Notes: a model not told the origin generated them from the letters alone. A stretch of DNA of 64,000 nucleotides from Mesorhizobium sp. (GCA_040510195.1 JBEVJK010000053.1:1289-65288); one strand, 5' to 3'. Shown: positions 21,548-32,988, numbered from the stretch's first letter. A program made the numbers and translations.

Positions 21548-23224
21548 TCAAGACGCCAGCGCCGGGTTCTCGCTGAGCAAGCGGTCGGCGGCGGCGCGTG
21601 CCTCCTCGGTGATGGTGGCGCCGGCCAGCATGCGGGCGATCTCCTCCTGGCGCGCCGGGCGATCCATCTCGGCGATGCCGGTGGCGACGCGGTCGGCGCC
21701 GCCGGTCTTGGAGATGAGGTAGTGCGTGCGGGCACGGGCGGCGACCTGCGGCGCATGCGTCACCGACAGGACCTGGACCCGCTCGGAAAGGCGCGTCAGC
21801 CGCTGCCCGATCGCGTCGGCAACGGCGCCGCCGACCCCGGTGTCGATCTCGTCGAAAACCAGGGTCGGCGCCGAGCCGCGGTCGGCCAGCGCCACCTTGA
21901 GCGCGAGGAGGAAGCGCGACAGCTCGCCGCCTGAAGCCACCTTCATCAGCGGGCCGGGGCGGGTGCCTGGGTTGGTGCGCACCCAGAACTCAACATCGTC
22001 GTTGCCGGCGACCGACGGCTTGTCGGGCTCGCTGGCGAGCTGGACGAGGAATGCCGCCCGTTCGAGCCGCAGACCCGGAAGCTCGGCCATCACCGCCTTC
22101 TCCAAATGGGCGGCCGCCGCGCGGCGGGACTCGGTCAGCTCGGCGGCGGCAGCGTCGTAGACCGCCTTCGCCTCCCTGGCGGCCCGCTCCAGCACGGCGA
22201 GCCGCTCGGCGCCGGCGTCGAGGTCGGCGAAGTCGGCGGCCATGGTGTCGCGCAGCCCGGCCAGCTCGTCGACGGGCACCTGATGCTTGCGGCCTGCGGC
22301 GCGCAGCGCAAACAGGCGCTCCTCGGCGCGCTCCAGCTTCGCCGGGTCGAATTCGGTGGCCCTCAAGGCCGCCTCGACAGCCGATTCGGCCGCGTCGAGC
22401 GCGACAAGCGCCTCGTCGAGCGCCTTGACCACCTCGTCGAGGAGCCCCGGCACGTCACTTGCCTTGCGCTGCAGCCGTCTCAGCAGGCTGGCGAGCGGCG
22501 GGGCAGGCGCCGTGGGCCCGGTGAGCACCTCGCGCGCATCGTCGATGTCGGTGGCGATCTTCTCGGCCCGCATCATGGCCGTGCGCGCTTCCGACAGCGC
22601 CGACTCCTCGCCGGGCTGGGGGTCGAGCTTTGCCAATTCGGCGACGGCCGCGCGCAGGTAGTCGGCTTCGCGAGCGGCGGCCTCGACCTTGGCGCGGTGG
22701 CGGGCGAGCTCCTGGTCGGCGGCCCGCCACAGCCGCCATGCCTCGGCGGTGGCGAGAACGGCGCCGCCATGCCCGCCAAAGGCGTCGAGCAGGGCGCGAT
22801 GGGCCGATGCGTCGACCAGTGCACGCTCGTCGTGCTGGCCGTGGATCTCGACCAGCGCGCGGCCGAGCTCGCGCATCAGGGAGACGCTGGAGGGTCGGTC
22901 GTTGACGAAGACGCGGGTGCGACCGTCGTCCGTCTGAACGCGGCGCAGGATGATGTCGCCGTCGTCGTCGATGGCGTTCTGCGAGAGAAGCGAGCGCGCG
23001 GCGTGGTTGCCGGGCACGTCGAACACCGCCGTGACCTGACCCTGCGTGGCGCCATGGCGGACCAGCGAAGCGTCGCCGCGCGCGCCGAGCGCCAGCGACA
23101 ACGCATCGAGCAGGATCGACTTGCCGGCGCCTGTCTCGCCGGTCAGCACGGAAAGTCCATCCGAGAAGTCGATGTCGAGCCGCTCGATCAGGACGATATC
23201 GCGGATCGACAGCTGGACCAGCAT
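21548..23224 (-). CDS. recN: DNA repair protein RecN
   Basis: Contains LTGETGAGKSILLDAL Walker A, a coiled-coil centre and a C-terminal SMC signature region. Confidence 0.95.
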   Translation of the reverse strand: MLVQLSIRDIVLIERLDIDFSDGLSVLTGETGAGKSILLDALSLALGARGDASLVRHGATQGQVTAVFDVPGNHAARSLLSQNAIDDDGDIILRRVQTDDGRTRVFVNDRPSSVSLMRELGRALVEIHGQHDERALVDASAHRALLDAFGGHGGAVLATAEAWRLWRAADQELARHRAKVEAAAREADYLRAAVAELAKLDPQPGEESALSEARTAMMRAEKIATDIDDAREVLTGPTAPAPPLASLLRRLQRKASDVPGLLDEVVKALDEALVALDAAESAVEAALRATEFDPAKLERAEERLFALRAAGRKHQVPVDELAGLRDTMAADFADLDAGAERLAVLERAAREAKAVYDAAAAELTESRRAAAAHLEKAVMAELPGLRLERAAFLVQLASEPDKPSVAGNDDVEFWVRTNPGTRPGPLMKVASGGELSRFLLALKVALADRGSAPTLVFDEIDTGVGGAVADAIGQRLTRLSERVQVLSVTHAPQVAARARTHYLISKTGGADRVATGIAEMDRPARQEEIARMLAGATITEEARAAADRLLSENPALAS

Positions 23225-23240
23225 GCGGGCGTCGGCGCGG

Positions 23241-24110
23241 TCAGGCGCCGCCGACGATCATCTTGCCCGCCTTGGACAACCACGAGCCGCCATCCTCGCG
23301 CGGCTGGAGGCCGCCAGTCTGCAGCAGCTGGTAGGAATCCTTGTACCACTGGCTGTCGGGGTAGTTGTGGCCGAGCACCGCCGCGGCGGTCTGCGCCTCG
23401 GAAGCGAGGCCCATGGCGTAGTAGGCCTCCGTCAGACGGGCCAACGCCTCCTCGACCTGGCGGGTGTTGGAGTAGTTCTCGACGACATAGCGGAAACGCT
23501 TGATCGCGGCGATGTATTCGCGCCGCTCGAGATAATAGCGGCCGACCTGCATCTCCTTGCCGGCCAGCTGGTCGCGGGCGAAGCGAATTTTGCTCTTGGC
23601 ATCCTCGACATATTCCGAATCGGGCCAGCGCTGAACCACCTCCTCCATCGCCTCGATGGCGCGGCGGGACTCCTTCTGATCCTGGGTGACGTCGCGGATC
23701 TGACGGAAATAGCACAGGCCGACGATGTACTGCGCGTAGGCCGCGTCCGGATCCGTCGGGTAGAGTTGCACGTAGCGCTTGCCGGCGTTGATCGCCTCCT
23801 CGTACTTGCCCTGGCGGTAATCCGCGAAAGCGCCCATCACGAGCGCCTTGCGGCCATATTCCGAGTAAGGATGCTGGCGGTCGATCGCCTCGAATTTCTT
23901 CGAAGCCTCGTTGAGGCGCCCGGCGTTCATGTTGGCGAGGCCCTGGTTGTAGAGCACGTCCGCAGGATCGGTCTGGTCGACATAGGTGGCCAGGTCGATG
24001 TCGCGCTCGCCTGCGCAAGAGGCTAGAAACGCGAAGCCCAGCAGGACGGGAAGCATCGCGGCGGCCCTGAAGGCTCGCCGGGCAACGCTGGCTCGATCAG
24101 CAAAGAGCAT
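23241..24110 (-). CDS. bamD: outer membrane protein assembly factor BamD (ComL)
   Basis: Lipobox FLASC and TPR-like repeats. Start trimmed to ATG 24110 (MLFADR..); the track ORF starts at 24200. Confidence 0.85.
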   Translation of the reverse strand: MLFADRASVARRAFRAAAMLPVLLGFAFLASCAGERDIDLATYVDQTDPADVLYNQGLANMNAGRLNEASKKFEAIDRQHPYSEYGRKALVMGAFADYRQGKYEEAINAGKRYVQLYPTDPDAAYAQYIVGLCYFRQIRDVTQDQKESRRAIEAMEEVVQRWPDSEYVEDAKSKIRFARDQLAGKEMQVGRYYLERREYIAAIKRFRYVVENYSNTRQVEEALARLTEAYYAMGLASEAQTAAAVLGHNYPDSQWYKDSYQLLQTGGLQPREDGGSWLSKAGKMIVGGA

Positions 24111-24163
24111 GTTCAGACTTCGCCCCTCCGGCGGCAGCAGCAGCAATTGCGGCGCATAGACCA

Positions 24164-24203
24164 CGATTGCCAGGATCCCAGCAACGCTATCGTCCTGCAA
24201 TCG
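24164..24203. repeat. imperfect 11/12-bp inverted repeat CGATTGCCAGGA-N17-TCCTGCAATCG in the lpxC-bamD spacer
   Basis: Read directly from the sequence. On the plus strand, CGCATTTTTG follows (T5 at 24207-24211). Confidence 0.3.
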
Positions 24204-24241
24204 CGCATTTTTGTGGCAAGAGCCGATGGCAGGCGGCTGCC

Positions 24242-25198
24242 TCAGCTCATCCAGGGTGCATAGCCCGGAGCGTTCACAGCGACCATCTCCGCCGAGCGCC
24301 CGCGCTCGCGCCGTCCCTCCTCGACGATCTCGAAGGCGGCGCGGTCCGCAAGCAGGCGCCGCAGGGCCAGCGCGTTGAGCTTGTGGCCGCCGCGATAGGA
24401 GCGGAAGCAGCCCAGCAGCCGGCCGCCGGCCAGCGCCAGGTCGCCCATGGCATCGAGCACCTTGTGACGCACGAACTCGTCGGGATAGCGCAAGCCTTCC
24501 ATGTTGATGACGCGGTTGTCATCGCCGATCACCACCGAGTTCTCGAGCGAGGACCCCAGCGCGTAACCGGCCGCCCAGAGCCGCTCGACATCCTTCATGA
24601 AGCCGAAGGTTCGCGCCCGGGCAATCTCGTTGCGGAACAGGTCGGCATCGATCTCGGCAGCGAAGAACTGACGCCCGATGGCGGCGCTCTCGAAGTCGAT
24701 CTCGATCTCGAACCGAGTGCCTGCGTGCGGGCGGAACTCCGCCCACGAAGCCCCGGCCTCGATGCGCACTGGCTTGAGCACCCGGATGTAGCGACGCTTG
24801 GCGGGCAAGGACAGGATTCCGGCCTGGTCGATCGCCTCGACGAAGGCGGTGGCGCTGCCGTCCAGGATGGGCACTTCCGGACCCTCGACGTCGATCGACA
24901 AATTGTCGATGCCGAGCGCGAAGACCGTCGCCATCAGGTGCTCGACGGTGGCCACGGAACGGCCGGTCGGATCCCCCAGCACGGTGGCGAAGTCGGTCGC
25001 GGCGACCTCGGAGACCAGGGCGCGAACCTCGTGATCGGACCCGTCAGTGCCGACGCAATGGAACAGGATGCCGGTATCGGTGTCGGCGGGAGACAATGCG
25101 ACGCTGACGGGCTTGCCGGTGTGAACGCCGACACCGGAGAGCGCGACCCGGGAGCGTATCGTCGTCTGGTTGTGGCTCAAGTCAGTCCCCAAATTCAC
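24242..25198 (-). CDS. lpxC: UDP-3-O-acyl-N-acetylglucosamine deacetylase
   Basis: 318-aa ORF with an LpxC-like opening ([21 protein letters not shown]). The listed start is GTG; TTG at 25180 would give a more typical N-terminus. Confidence 0.9.
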   Translation of the reverse strand: MNLGTDLSHNQTTIRSRVALSGVGVHTGKPVSVALSPADTDTGILFHCVGTDGSDHEVRALVSEVAATDFATVLGDPTGRSVATVEHLMATVFALGIDNLSIDVEGPEVPILDGSATAFVEAIDQAGILSLPAKRRYIRVLKPVRIEAGASWAEFRPHAGTRFEIEIDFESAAIGRQFFAAEIDADLFRNEIARARTFGFMKDVERLWAAGYALGSSLENSVVIGDDNRVINMEGLRYPDEFVRHKVLDAMGDLALAGGRLLGCFRSYRGGHKLNALALRRLLADRAAFEIVEEGRRERGRSAEMVAVNAPGYAPWMS

Positions 25199-25448
25199 CC
25201 GTGCGGCCGGCGAGGCGTTGGCTCGGGCAGCGCGACGATGCTCATCTCCGTGCTGCTATTTGCGCCGGGACTCACTTTTCGTCAGGCGGGAACATAGGCG
25301 GCCGGCGCATCCTCACAAAATCACGCTTTCTAACTCCGTGTAACTTCATGATTTGTTTCAGCAATCGGCCGCAACGCCTTGATTGGATTGACCCAAGGCA
25401 GGGCAGATGCCTCGCATCCGCCCACGCCCAAATCATCATTCCCCATCC

Positions 25449-27116
25449 TCAGTTGGCCTGCCGGCGCAGAAAGGCCGGGATCTCGAGCTGGTCGTCGTCC
25501 TGCGGGCGGGCTTGTTGAGCGACGCGGCCGTGCTCGTCGAGCTGGCCACGCCGAGGCGCGTAGAGCTGCGGGTCCTGGCTGGGCAGGCGCCGCGCCTCGG
25601 GTTGCTGACGAAGCTTCGGCTCGCGGGGCTGAGCAGGCTGGAGCCGTGCCGGCTCTTCCTCGCGGCGCGACAGGCCGGTCGTCAGGCGCTTCAAGAGGCC
25701 CATCGGCCCGCGGTCCTCTTGCGGCTCCGGTGCGCGACGGGCGGCCTCGACCTCGGCCTTCACGAGCGGCGAGAAGTCCTCGACGCGCGGCATACGCGGC
25801 TGTGCCGCAACAGGCTGGGCCTGCGGCGCCTGAGCCTGTACCGGGGCCGGGGCGGGCTGCGGGGCCGGCTGCTGATATTGCTGCACCGGCGCCTGGACCG
25901 GCTGCGCGCCGGGCACGGGCTGGAACAGCCTGGACTGCGGGCGGAACTCGTCGGCCGGCGCCGCGGCGGCCGCGTGGCGCACCTCGGCGACGGCCTCGGC
26001 CGCCTGCATCTCGGCCGCGCGGATCGCCTCGGCCACCGGGTCGGCAGCGCGGGCAGGCTCGGGGACGGGCCGCGCCTCGGCGGCCGGGCGCCCCTGGGGC
26101 TGCTTGGCCGGCTGGCGGATCGCGATCGGCGGGGCTGAGATGTCGGACGCCGCCTTGTCGATGCCGGTGGCCACCACGGAGACGCGGATCACGCCCTCCA
26201 GGTCTTCGTCGAAGGTGGCGCCGAGGATGATGTTGGCATCCTGGTCGACCTCCTCGCGAATGCGGGTCGCCGCCTCGTCGACTTCGAACAGCGTCAGGTC
26301 GCGACCGCCGGTGATCGAGATCAGCAAGCCCTTGGCGCCCCTCATCGAGGTCTCGTCGAGGAGCGGGTTGGCGATCGCCGCCTCGGCCGCCGCCATGGCG
26401 CGGCCCTCGCCCGATGCCTCGCCGGTGCCCATCATGGCCTTGCCCATCTCGCGCATGACGGAGCGTACATCCGCGAAGTCGAGGTTGATCAGCCCTTCCT
26501 TGACCATCAGGTCGGTGATGCAGGCGACACCCGAATAGAGCACCTGGTCGGCCATCGCGAAGGCGTCGGCGAAGGTGGTCTTGTCGTTGGCGATGCGGAA
26601 CAGGTTCTGGTTAGGGATGACGATCAGCGTGTCGACGCATTTCTGCAGCTCCTCGATGCCGAAATCCGCCGTCTTCATGCGGCGCTGGCCCTCGAAATGG
26701 AACGGCTTGGTGACCACGCCCACGGTCAGGATGCCCTTCTCCCTGGCCGCGCGGGCGACGACGGGTGCTGCGCCAGTGCCGGTGCCGCCGCCCATGCCGG
26801 CGGTGACGAAGCACATATGGGTGTTGGACAGGTGGTCCATGATCTCGTCCAGGCACTCTTCGGCGGCCGCCCGACCCACCTCCGGCTGAGAACCTGCACC
26901 GAGGCCTTCGGTGACATGCGCGCCGAGCTGCACCAGCCGCTCGGATTTCGACATGGTCAGCGCCTGGGCATCGGTGTTGGCCACCACGAACTCGACGCCG
27001 CGCAGCCCGGCGGTGATCATGTTGTTGACGGCGTTGCCGCCGCCGCCCCCGACCCCGAACACGGTGATGCGGGGCTTGAGCTCGGTGATGTCCGGCTTCT
27101 GCAGATTGATCGTCAT
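25449..27116 (-). CDS. ftsZ: cell division protein FtsZ with long Pro/Gln/Ala-rich C-terminal linker
   Basis: Contains the [13 protein letters not shown] tubulin signature and a conserved C-terminal peptide ([16 protein letters not shown]). Confidence 0.97.
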   Translation of the reverse strand: MTINLQKPDITELKPRITVFGVGGGGGNAVNNMITAGLRGVEFVVANTDAQALTMSKSERLVQLGAHVTEGLGAGSQPEVGRAAAEECLDEIMDHLSNTHMCFVTAGMGGGTGTGAAPVVARAAREKGILTVGVVTKPFHFEGQRRMKTADFGIEELQKCVDTLIVIPNQNLFRIANDKTTFADAFAMADQVLYSGVACITDLMVKEGLINLDFADVRSVMREMGKAMMGTGEASGEGRAMAAAEAAIANPLLDETSMRGAKGLLISITGGRDLTLFEVDEAATRIREEVDQDANIILGATFDEDLEGVIRVSVVATGIDKAASDISAPPIAIRQPAKQPQGRPAAEARPVPEPARAADPVAEAIRAAEMQAAEAVAEVRHAAAAAPADEFRPQSRLFQPVPGAQPVQAPVQQYQQPAPQPAPAPVQAQAPQAQPVAAQPRMPRVEDFSPLVKAEVEAARRAPEPQEDRGPMGLLKRLTTGLSRREEEPARLQPAQPREPKLRQQPEARRLPSQDPQLYAPRRGQLDEHGRVAQQARPQDDDQLEIPAFLRRQAN

Positions 27117-27196
27117 TGTCCTCGTCCTTTTCGCCTTTCCTGCCGCCTCGCCGCGCGGCGCCTCGTGGGGCTCACCCCTTCAAACTCGTCGAATAC

Positions 27197-28507
27197 TCAG
27201 AAACTGTCCCTCAACCACTGGCCCATCCGGTGGAAGGTCCCGCCGGTGCCTGTCATCTTCAGTCGCAACACGCCGCCCCTCGCCTGAATGTTCTCCAGGC
27301 CGGCGAGCTGCGGGTAGATCAGCAGCCCGACTGAGGTGGCGAACGCCGGCCCCTTGGCCGCCTCGGGCAGGCCGCCGACGCCGAGCGGCCGGCCTATCCT
27401 GACATTGCGACCGAGAATGCGCCGCGCCGCCTCCGGCAGGCCTGCCAGCTGGCTGGCACCTCCGGTCAGCACCACGCGCTTGCCGACGACGCTGCCGTAG
27501 CCGGACTGGTTCAGCCGGTCGCGAAGGATCTCCAGCGTCTCCTCGATGCGGGCGCGGATGATGCGCGTCATCACGGAGCGCGGCACCTGCAGCGGCACCT
27601 CGCCGTCGTCGTTGCCGATCGGCTGGATGGTGACGACGTCGCGGTCGTCGGCGCTCCCGGGCAGCGCCGAACCGTGCATGACCTTGAGCCGTTCGGCATC
27701 CTCGAGGCGGGTCGACAGGCCGCGCGCCAGATCCATCGTGACATGGCTGCCGCCGATCGGAACCGCATCGGCGTGGACGAACTTGCCGTCGGCGAAGACC
27801 GAAATCGTGGTGGTGCCCCCGCCCATGTCGATGCAGGCCGCGCCCATCTCCAGCTCGTCGTCGACCAGCGCGGCGAGCCCGCTGGCATAGGGCGTCGCAA
27901 CCATGCGCTCGACCGAAAGATGCGAGCGGTTGACGCAGAGCTCCAGATTGCGCAGCGGCGCGGCGTCGCCGGTCAGCACGTGCATGTCCACGCCCAGCGT
28001 GTCGCCCACCATGCCGCGCGGATCGCGCACGCCACGCTCGGCGTCGAGCGTAAAGTTGGTGGGCAGCGAATGGACCACTTCCCGCTCCGCATTCAGCGCC
28101 TGCTTGGCGCCGGCGCCGAGCACGCGCTTGATGTCGGCTTCGTCGACGGCATGGCCGCCGAGCTTGATGGTGGCCGAAAAGGTCTCGCTCTTCAGCCGCC
28201 CGGCGCTGACATTGACAAGCAGGGAGTCGACGGTCAGCCCCGCCATGCGCTCGGCCGCATCGACCGCCAGCCGGATGGCCTGCTCGGCGCGGTCGAGATC
28301 GATCATCACGCCCGACTTCACGCCGTGGGATTTCTGGTGGCCGATGCCGATCACCTGGGCCTTGTGGGTGCGGCCGCGCAGCAACTGGCTGGGCTCGGCC
28401 GGCTTCATGCGGGCGACGATGCAGCAGACCTTGCTCGAGCCGATGTCGAGCACGGTGACGATGCCGGCGCGGCGAGCGGGCAGTTCCCCCTTGCCGAGCC
28501 AGCTCAT
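27197..28507 (-). CDS. ftsA: cell division protein FtsA
   Basis: Actin-like ATPase (VLDIGSSKVCCIV.., DMGGGTTTISVF). Start at ATG 28507 overlaps the ftsQ TGA (ATATGA). The 610-aa track ORF is a read-through into ftsQ. Confidence 0.95.
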   Translation of the reverse strand: MSWLGKGELPARRAGIVTVLDIGSSKVCCIVARMKPAEPSQLLRGRTHKAQVIGIGHQKSHGVKSGVMIDLDRAEQAIRLAVDAAERMAGLTVDSLLVNVSAGRLKSETFSATIKLGGHAVDEADIKRVLGAGAKQALNAEREVVHSLPTNFTLDAERGVRDPRGMVGDTLGVDMHVLTGDAAPLRNLELCVNRSHLSVERMVATPYASGLAALVDDELEMGAACIDMGGGTTTISVFADGKFVHADAVPIGGSHVTMDLARGLSTRLEDAERLKVMHGSALPGSADDRDVVTIQPIGNDDGEVPLQVPRSVMTRIIRARIEETLEILRDRLNQSGYGSVVGKRVVLTGGASQLAGLPEAARRILGRNVRIGRPLGVGGLPEAAKGPAFATSVGLLIYPQLAGLENIQARGGVLRLKMTGTGGTFHRMGQWLRDSF

Positions 28508-29463
28508 ATCTTGCGCTCCAGCTTCTTGCCGGGCTTGGCCTTCTCCTTGAGCGCCGCCTCGCGACGCAGCGCCGCCTCGGGTGTCAGCTGCACGACAAGC
28601 CGGTCGTTGAGCCGCAGATCGACGGCCGAGATGTCGCGCGACAGCAGGCCATTCTCCTTGTCGAGCGCCAGCACCTCCTCGATGGCGCCGACCGGATCGT
28701 GCTCCGGCAGCTTGACGGTGATGCCGTTCTCCAGGCGCAGGTTCCAGCGGCGTTCGCCGACCCGGACATAGCCCTTCACGCGCGACGACAGCTCGGGATA
28801 GCGGCGGACCGTGGCGATGAACCCGGCCGCGCCCTCTGGCGCGCCGAGGCCGATGACGAGCGGCAAGGTGGCGTGGCGTTCGCTCGAAAAAGGCGCGATG
28901 ACGTTGCCGGACTCCTCGATGACGGCAAGCTCGCGGCCGTGCTGCCAGATCGCGAAAGGCTTCCTCTCGCCGATCGTCACGTCGATCTCGTCGGGATAGA
29001 TCTTGCGGACCTCGACCGAGCTGACCCATGGCAGCTCGGCGATGCGGGCTCGCGCCGCCTCGGCGTCGAAGCCGATGAGCGCGGTCCAGCCGTCGAGCCC
29101 GAGCCGGTCCAGAATGTCGATCTCCGAGGTCTCGCGGTGGCCGGCCACCCGCACCTCGTCGACGGCGAAGCCGAGCCGGGCGGTCACGCTTTGCGCGATG
29201 GCGGGCACATGGCCGCCGAGATAGGCGCCGTAGAGGCTGAAGCCGCCGAGATAAAGCGCCGTCGCCATCGTGGCCGCAAAGCGAGGCGGCGCGAACTCGC
29301 CGTCGTCGAGCCGCGACAGCAGCCGGGCCGGCCGACGCAGCCAGCGCGGCAGGACGAAGCCGTCGACCGGCGAGGAAACGCCGAATGCCGCGCCTCTCGG
29401 TGCGCCCCGCCGCCCGCCCTGCCCCGACCTCAACGCAAACACGAAGCGTCCTCCACCATCCAA
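28504..29463 (-). CDS. ftsQ: cell division protein FtsQ
   Basis: TM segment followed by POTRA-like and FtsQ domains. Position is between ddl and ftsA. Confidence 0.85.
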   Translation of the reverse strand: MDGGGRFVFALRSGQGGRRGAPRGAAFGVSSPVDGFVLPRWLRRPARLLSRLDDGEFAPPRFAATMATALYLGGFSLYGAYLGGHVPAIAQSVTARLGFAVDEVRVAGHRETSEIDILDRLGLDGWTALIGFDAEAARARIAELPWVSSVEVRKIYPDEIDVTIGERKPFAIWQHGRELAVIEESGNVIAPFSSERHATLPLVIGLGAPEGAAGFIATVRRYPELSSRVKGYVRVGERRWNLRLENGITVKLPEHDPVGAIEEVLALDKENGLLSRDISAVDLRLNDRLVVQLTPEAALRREAALKEKAKPGKKLERKI

Positions 29464-30356
29464 CTCAACAGATCGCCGAACGAGTGTCCTGCCTCGGCGG
29501 CGATTTCGGGCACCAACGACGTCGGCGTCATGCCCGGCTGCGTGTTGATCTCGAGCCAGACGAGCTCGCCATTCTCCGAGTGGCGGTCGTCGTAGCGGAA
29601 GTCAGATCGGGAGACGCCCCGGCAGCCGATTGCTTGATGAGCCTTCAGCGACAGTGTCTGTATTTTTTGGTAAATATTCGGTGAAACTTTTGCGGGGCAT
29701 TCGTGTTTTGATCCCCCGGCCACATACTTCGAATCGTAGTCGTAGAAGGAATGCCCGACCGGGATGATCTCGGTGACGCCGAGCGCCACGTCGCCCATCA
29801 CCGCGCAGGTGAGCTCGCGGCCGTGGACGAAGCGCTCGACCATGACGACGTCGCCATATTTCCAGTCGGACGAGGCGATCACCTGGGGCGGATGCGACTG
29901 GTCCTCCTTGACGATGACCACGCCGAAGCTCGACCCCTCGTTGACCGGCTTCACCACATAGGGCGGCTTCATCGGGTGCTCGCGGCGAATGGCCATGCGG
30001 TTCAACACCCTGGATTCGGCGACCGGAATGCCGATCGAACGGGCGATGCGCTTGGCCTGCTCCTTGTTCATGGCGAGCGCCGAAGCCAGCACGCCCGAAT
30101 GGGTGTAAGGGATGGCGAGATACTCCAGGATGCCCTGGATGGTGCCATCCTCGCCGAACGGCCCGTGGAGGGCGTTGAAGGCGACATCCGGCCCGAGTTC
30201 CGACAGCACCTGGCCGACGTCGCGACCGACGTCGACGCGGGTGACCCTATAGCCTTCCTTTTCCAGCGCATCGGCGCACGCATTCCCCGACGAAAGCGAG
30301 ACCGGTCGCTCGGACGAGAAACCTCCCATCAACACGGCCACGTGCTTGTCCCGCAT
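29430..30356 (-). CDS. ddl: D-alanine--D-alanine ligase
   Basis: Opening [24 protein letters not shown] and an ATP-grasp core. Start trimmed to ATG 30356. Confidence 0.93.
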   Translation of the reverse strand: MRDKHVAVLMGGFSSERPVSLSSGNACADALEKEGYRVTRVDVGRDVGQVLSELGPDVAFNALHGPFGEDGTIQGILEYLAIPYTHSGVLASALAMNKEQAKRIARSIGIPVAESRVLNRMAIRREHPMKPPYVVKPVNEGSSFGVVIVKEDQSHPPQVIASSDWKYGDVVMVERFVHGRELTCAVMGDVALGVTEIIPVGHSFYDYDSKYVAGGSKHECPAKVSPNIYQKIQTLSLKAHQAIGCRGVSRSDFRYDDRHSENGELVWLEINTQPGMTPTSLVPEIAAEAGHSFGDLLSWMVEDASCLR

Positions 30357-30409
30357 TCCCTGACCACCCCTAGCGCGCAGGGTTTTCCGTTCCCCGGTTT
30401 CCGGACGTT

Positions 30410-30516
30410 GAATCGGACTCCTCCGGCGGCTTGACCCCCAGACCCAACGCGCCGTAACGCGCCGCACGACTCAAATCAGGAAACGCTGATGACCCAAAGA
30501 ATCAGAGAGTTGATTC
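30410..30516. promoter_or_regulatory. cluster of five GANTC (CcrM-type methylation) sites in the murB-ddl gap
   Basis: GAATC 30410, GACTC 30416, GACTC 30468, GAATC 30499, GATTC 30512. The last two form the palindrome GAATCA-N6-TGATTC. Confidence 0.4.
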
Positions 30517-30622
30517 CGTGACAAGTCCTGAACAGACCGAGACTATTCAAAACTGATCTTTTCACCCGCGGGCGTCGTCAAATTGCTGCAGGGCAGCCAC
30601 GCATTCGCGTGAAGAGCGGCCG

Positions 30623-31585
30623 TCAAAGCAGCTGACCGAGGAATTCGTGGACCTCGCGGCCGGGCTTGAAGGTGCCGATTCGCTTGATTTCCCACTGCAG
30701 GCGGATGCCGGAATTGACCAGCACGCGCGCCCGCACCGTCTCGCCCAGATATTCGAGGTCGTAGCCCGTCGCGGTACCGGTGTTGATCATGAAGTTGCAG
30801 TGCATGGGCGACATCTGGGCGCCGCCGATCATCAGCCCGCGACAGCCGGCCTTGTCGATCTCGCGCCAGGCGGAGCTGCCTTCGGGGTTCTTGAAGGTGG
30901 AGCCCCCGGTCTTCTCGCGGATCGGCTGAACGGTCTCGCGGTGATGCTGGACGGCGTCCATAGCCGCCTTGATGGTCGCCCGGTCCTCAGGATAGCCCTC
31001 GAAGAGCGCCGAGGTGAAGATCAGGCCCGAGGGGGCGGACGAATGCCGGTAGGAATACCCCATCTCGGCGTTGGAAAGGGTGACCAGATTGCCCTGCCGG
31101 TCGAGCGCGCGCACCTCCACCACCCGCTCGCGGGTCTCGACGCCATTGGCTCCGGCATTCATCCGCAAGGCGCCGCCGATGGCGCCGGGTATGCCATGGT
31201 AGAAGTGAAAGCCGCCGATGCCGGCTTCCAGCGCCACGGCGGCCAGGCGCTTGTCGGGCGCGGCAGCGCCGGCGCGGATGGCGGTGGGCGAGGCCTGCTC
31301 GACCTCGCCGAAGCCCTTGGCCGACAGGCGGACCACGAAGCCGCCGATGCCGCCTTCGCGAACCAGGAGGTTGGAGCCTATGCCGACCACGGTGAGCGGC
31401 ACGTCGATCGGCACGGCTCGCAGGAAGGCGGCGAGGTCCTCCTCGTCGGCCGGCTGGTAGAGCGCCTGCGCGGTGCCTCCGGCGCGGAACCAGGTGATCT
31501 TCTCCATCTCGGCATTGGGCGTGATGCGGCCGCGCAGGCCGGCCAGGCGGTCGCCGAGGCTGGTCAGGAGGGCATCGCCCCTCAT
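30623..31585 (-). CDS. murB: UDP-N-acetylenolpyruvoylglucosamine reductase
   Basis: FAD-binding MurB core ([10 protein letters not shown].., [18 protein letters not shown]). ATGA overlap with the murC stop at 31582-31585. Confidence 0.93.
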   Translation of the reverse strand: MRGDALLTSLGDRLAGLRGRITPNAEMEKITWFRAGGTAQALYQPADEEDLAAFLRAVPIDVPLTVVGIGSNLLVREGGIGGFVVRLSAKGFGEVEQASPTAIRAGAAAPDKRLAAVALEAGIGGFHFYHGIPGAIGGALRMNAGANGVETRERVVEVRALDRQGNLVTLSNAEMGYSYRHSSAPSGLIFTSALFEGYPEDRATIKAAMDAVQHHRETVQPIREKTGGSTFKNPEGSSAWREIDKAGCRGLMIGGAQMSPMHCNFMINTGTATGYDLEYLGETVRARVLVNSGIRLQWEIKRIGTFKPGREVHEFLGQLL

Positions 31586-32988
31586 GCCGCCTCCCCGCCG
31601 AGCTCCTTGGGCAGCTGGTAGGCCCATTGGGTGATGTTGCCGGCCCCGAGGAAGACGACGAAGTCGCCGGGGCGCGCCAGCTGGCGCACCACCGGCGCGA
31701 TCGCTTCCGGCCCGGCGATGAAACGCGCGTCGCGGTGGCCGCCGGCCCGGATGCGGGCGGCGAGCGCCTCCGAGGTGATGCCGTCGATCGGGTCTTCGCC
31801 TGCCGGATAGACGGGGGCGACCATCACTGTGTCGGCGTCGTTGAAGCAGGCCGAGAACTCGTCGAACAGGTCGCGCAGCCGCGTGAAGCGATGCGGCTGC
31901 GCGACGGCGATGACGCGGCCGGCGGAAGAGTCGCGCGCCGCCCTCAGCACGGCCTTGATCTCCACCGGGTGATGCCCGTAGTCGTCGAAGATGCGGACGC
32001 CGTTCCAGCTGCCGGTCGGCGTGAACCGCCGCTTGACGCCGCCGAAGGAGGACAGGCCCTTGCGCACCGCGTCCGCCGACAGGCCGAGCTCGTGGGCCAC
32101 GGCGATCGCGGCGGTGGCGTTCGACACGTTGTGCCTGCCCGGCATCGGCAGCGACAGGTCGTCGATGCGCGTCTCGCCGCCGGTCTTGCGGTTGCGGATC
32201 GCCACGTCGAAGCGCGAGCCGGCCCCGTCGGGGCGATGATTGAGGAAGCGGACGTCGGCCTGGGCGTTGCCGCCATAGGTGATCACACGCCGGTCCTCGA
32301 TGCGCGCCACCAGCGCCTGGACCTCCGGATGATCGGTGCACATGACGCCGAAGCCGTAGAAGGGCACGTTCTCGACGAACTGCCGGAAAGCTTCCCGCAC
32401 CTTATCGAACGACCCGTAGTGGTCGAGATGCTCCGGGTCGATGTTGGTGACGACCGCGACGTCGGCGGGCAGCTTCAGGAAGGTGCCGTCGCTCTCGTCG
32501 GCCTCCACCACCATCCACTCGCCGGCGCCCATGCGAGCGTTGGTGCCATAGGCGTTGATGATGCCGCCGTTGACCACCGTCGGATCGAGGCCGCCGGCGT
32601 CGAGCAGCGCGGCCACCATGGAGGTGGTGGTGGTCTTGCCATGGGTGCCGCCGATCGCCACGGCCTGCCGGAAGCGCATCAGCTCGGCCAGCATCTCGGC
32701 GCGGCGCACGATGGGCAGCAGCTTCTCGCGCGCGGCGGCGAGCTCCGGATTGCTCTTCTTGATCGCGGTGGAGACCACGACAACCTCGGCATCGCCGAGG
32801 TTCTCGGCGCGGTGGCCGACGAAACAGGCAATGCCCTTGTCGCGCAGGCGCTGGACATTAGCGCCGTCGGCCTGGTCGGAGCCCTGCACGCGATAGCCCA
32901 GATTGGACAGCACCTCGGCGATGCCGCTCATGCCGATGCCGCCGATGCCGATGAAATGGACGAGCCCTATCGTCTGCGGCATCTTCAT
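31582..32988 (-). CDS. murC: UDP-N-acetylmuramate--L-alanine ligase
   Basis: [17 protein letters not shown] opening and Mur ligase motifs ([11 protein letters not shown]). Confidence 0.95.
   Translation of the reverse strand: MKMPQTIGLVHFIGIGGIGMSGIAEVLSNLGYRVQGSDQADGANVQRLRDKGIACFVGHRAENLGDAEVVVVSTAIKKSNPELAAAREKLLPIVRRAEMLAELMRFRQAVAIGGTHGKTTTTSMVAALLDAGGLDPTVVNGGIINAYGTNARMGAGEWMVVEADESDGTFLKLPADVAVVTNIDPEHLDHYGSFDKVREAFRQFVENVPFYGFGVMCTDHPEVQALVARIEDRRVITYGGNAQADVRFLNHRPDGAGSRFDVAIRNRKTGGETRIDDLSLPMPGRHNVSNATAAIAVAHELGLSADAVRKGLSSFGGVKRRFTPTGSWNGVRIFDDYGHHPVEIKAVLRAARDSSAGRVIAVAQPHRFTRLRDLFDEFSACFNDADTVMVAPVYPAGEDPIDGITSEALAARIRAGGHRDARFIAGPEAIAPVVRQLARPGDFVVFLGAGNITQWAYQLPKELGGEAA

Noticed and set aside
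25199-25448. 56-codon minus-strand ORF (MMIWAWADARHLPC...) in the ftsZ-lpxC spacer
   Set aside because: Third-position GC is low and mixed, unlike real genes here. The start context is marginal and there are no recognisable features. This is more likely an untranslated promoter or leader region for lpxC.
25449-26150. Repetitive-looking DNA at the 3' end of ftsZ as a possible tandem repeat or CRISPR-like array
   Set aside because: No fixed-length repeat-spacer periodicity is present. The pattern is codon-level low complexity that encodes the Pro/Gln/Ala-rich FtsZ linker.
27197-29029. N-terminally extended track ORFs (ftsA 610 aa; likewise murB 30623..32341, rsmH 42818..44410, SLT 45516..46943, ftsI 40734..42653, ddl 29430..30467)
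   Set aside because: The extensions read in-frame through the upstream gene in a different frame and are Arg/Gly-rich. Conserved N-termini, RBSs or ATGA-type overlaps with the upstream stop define shorter true genes.
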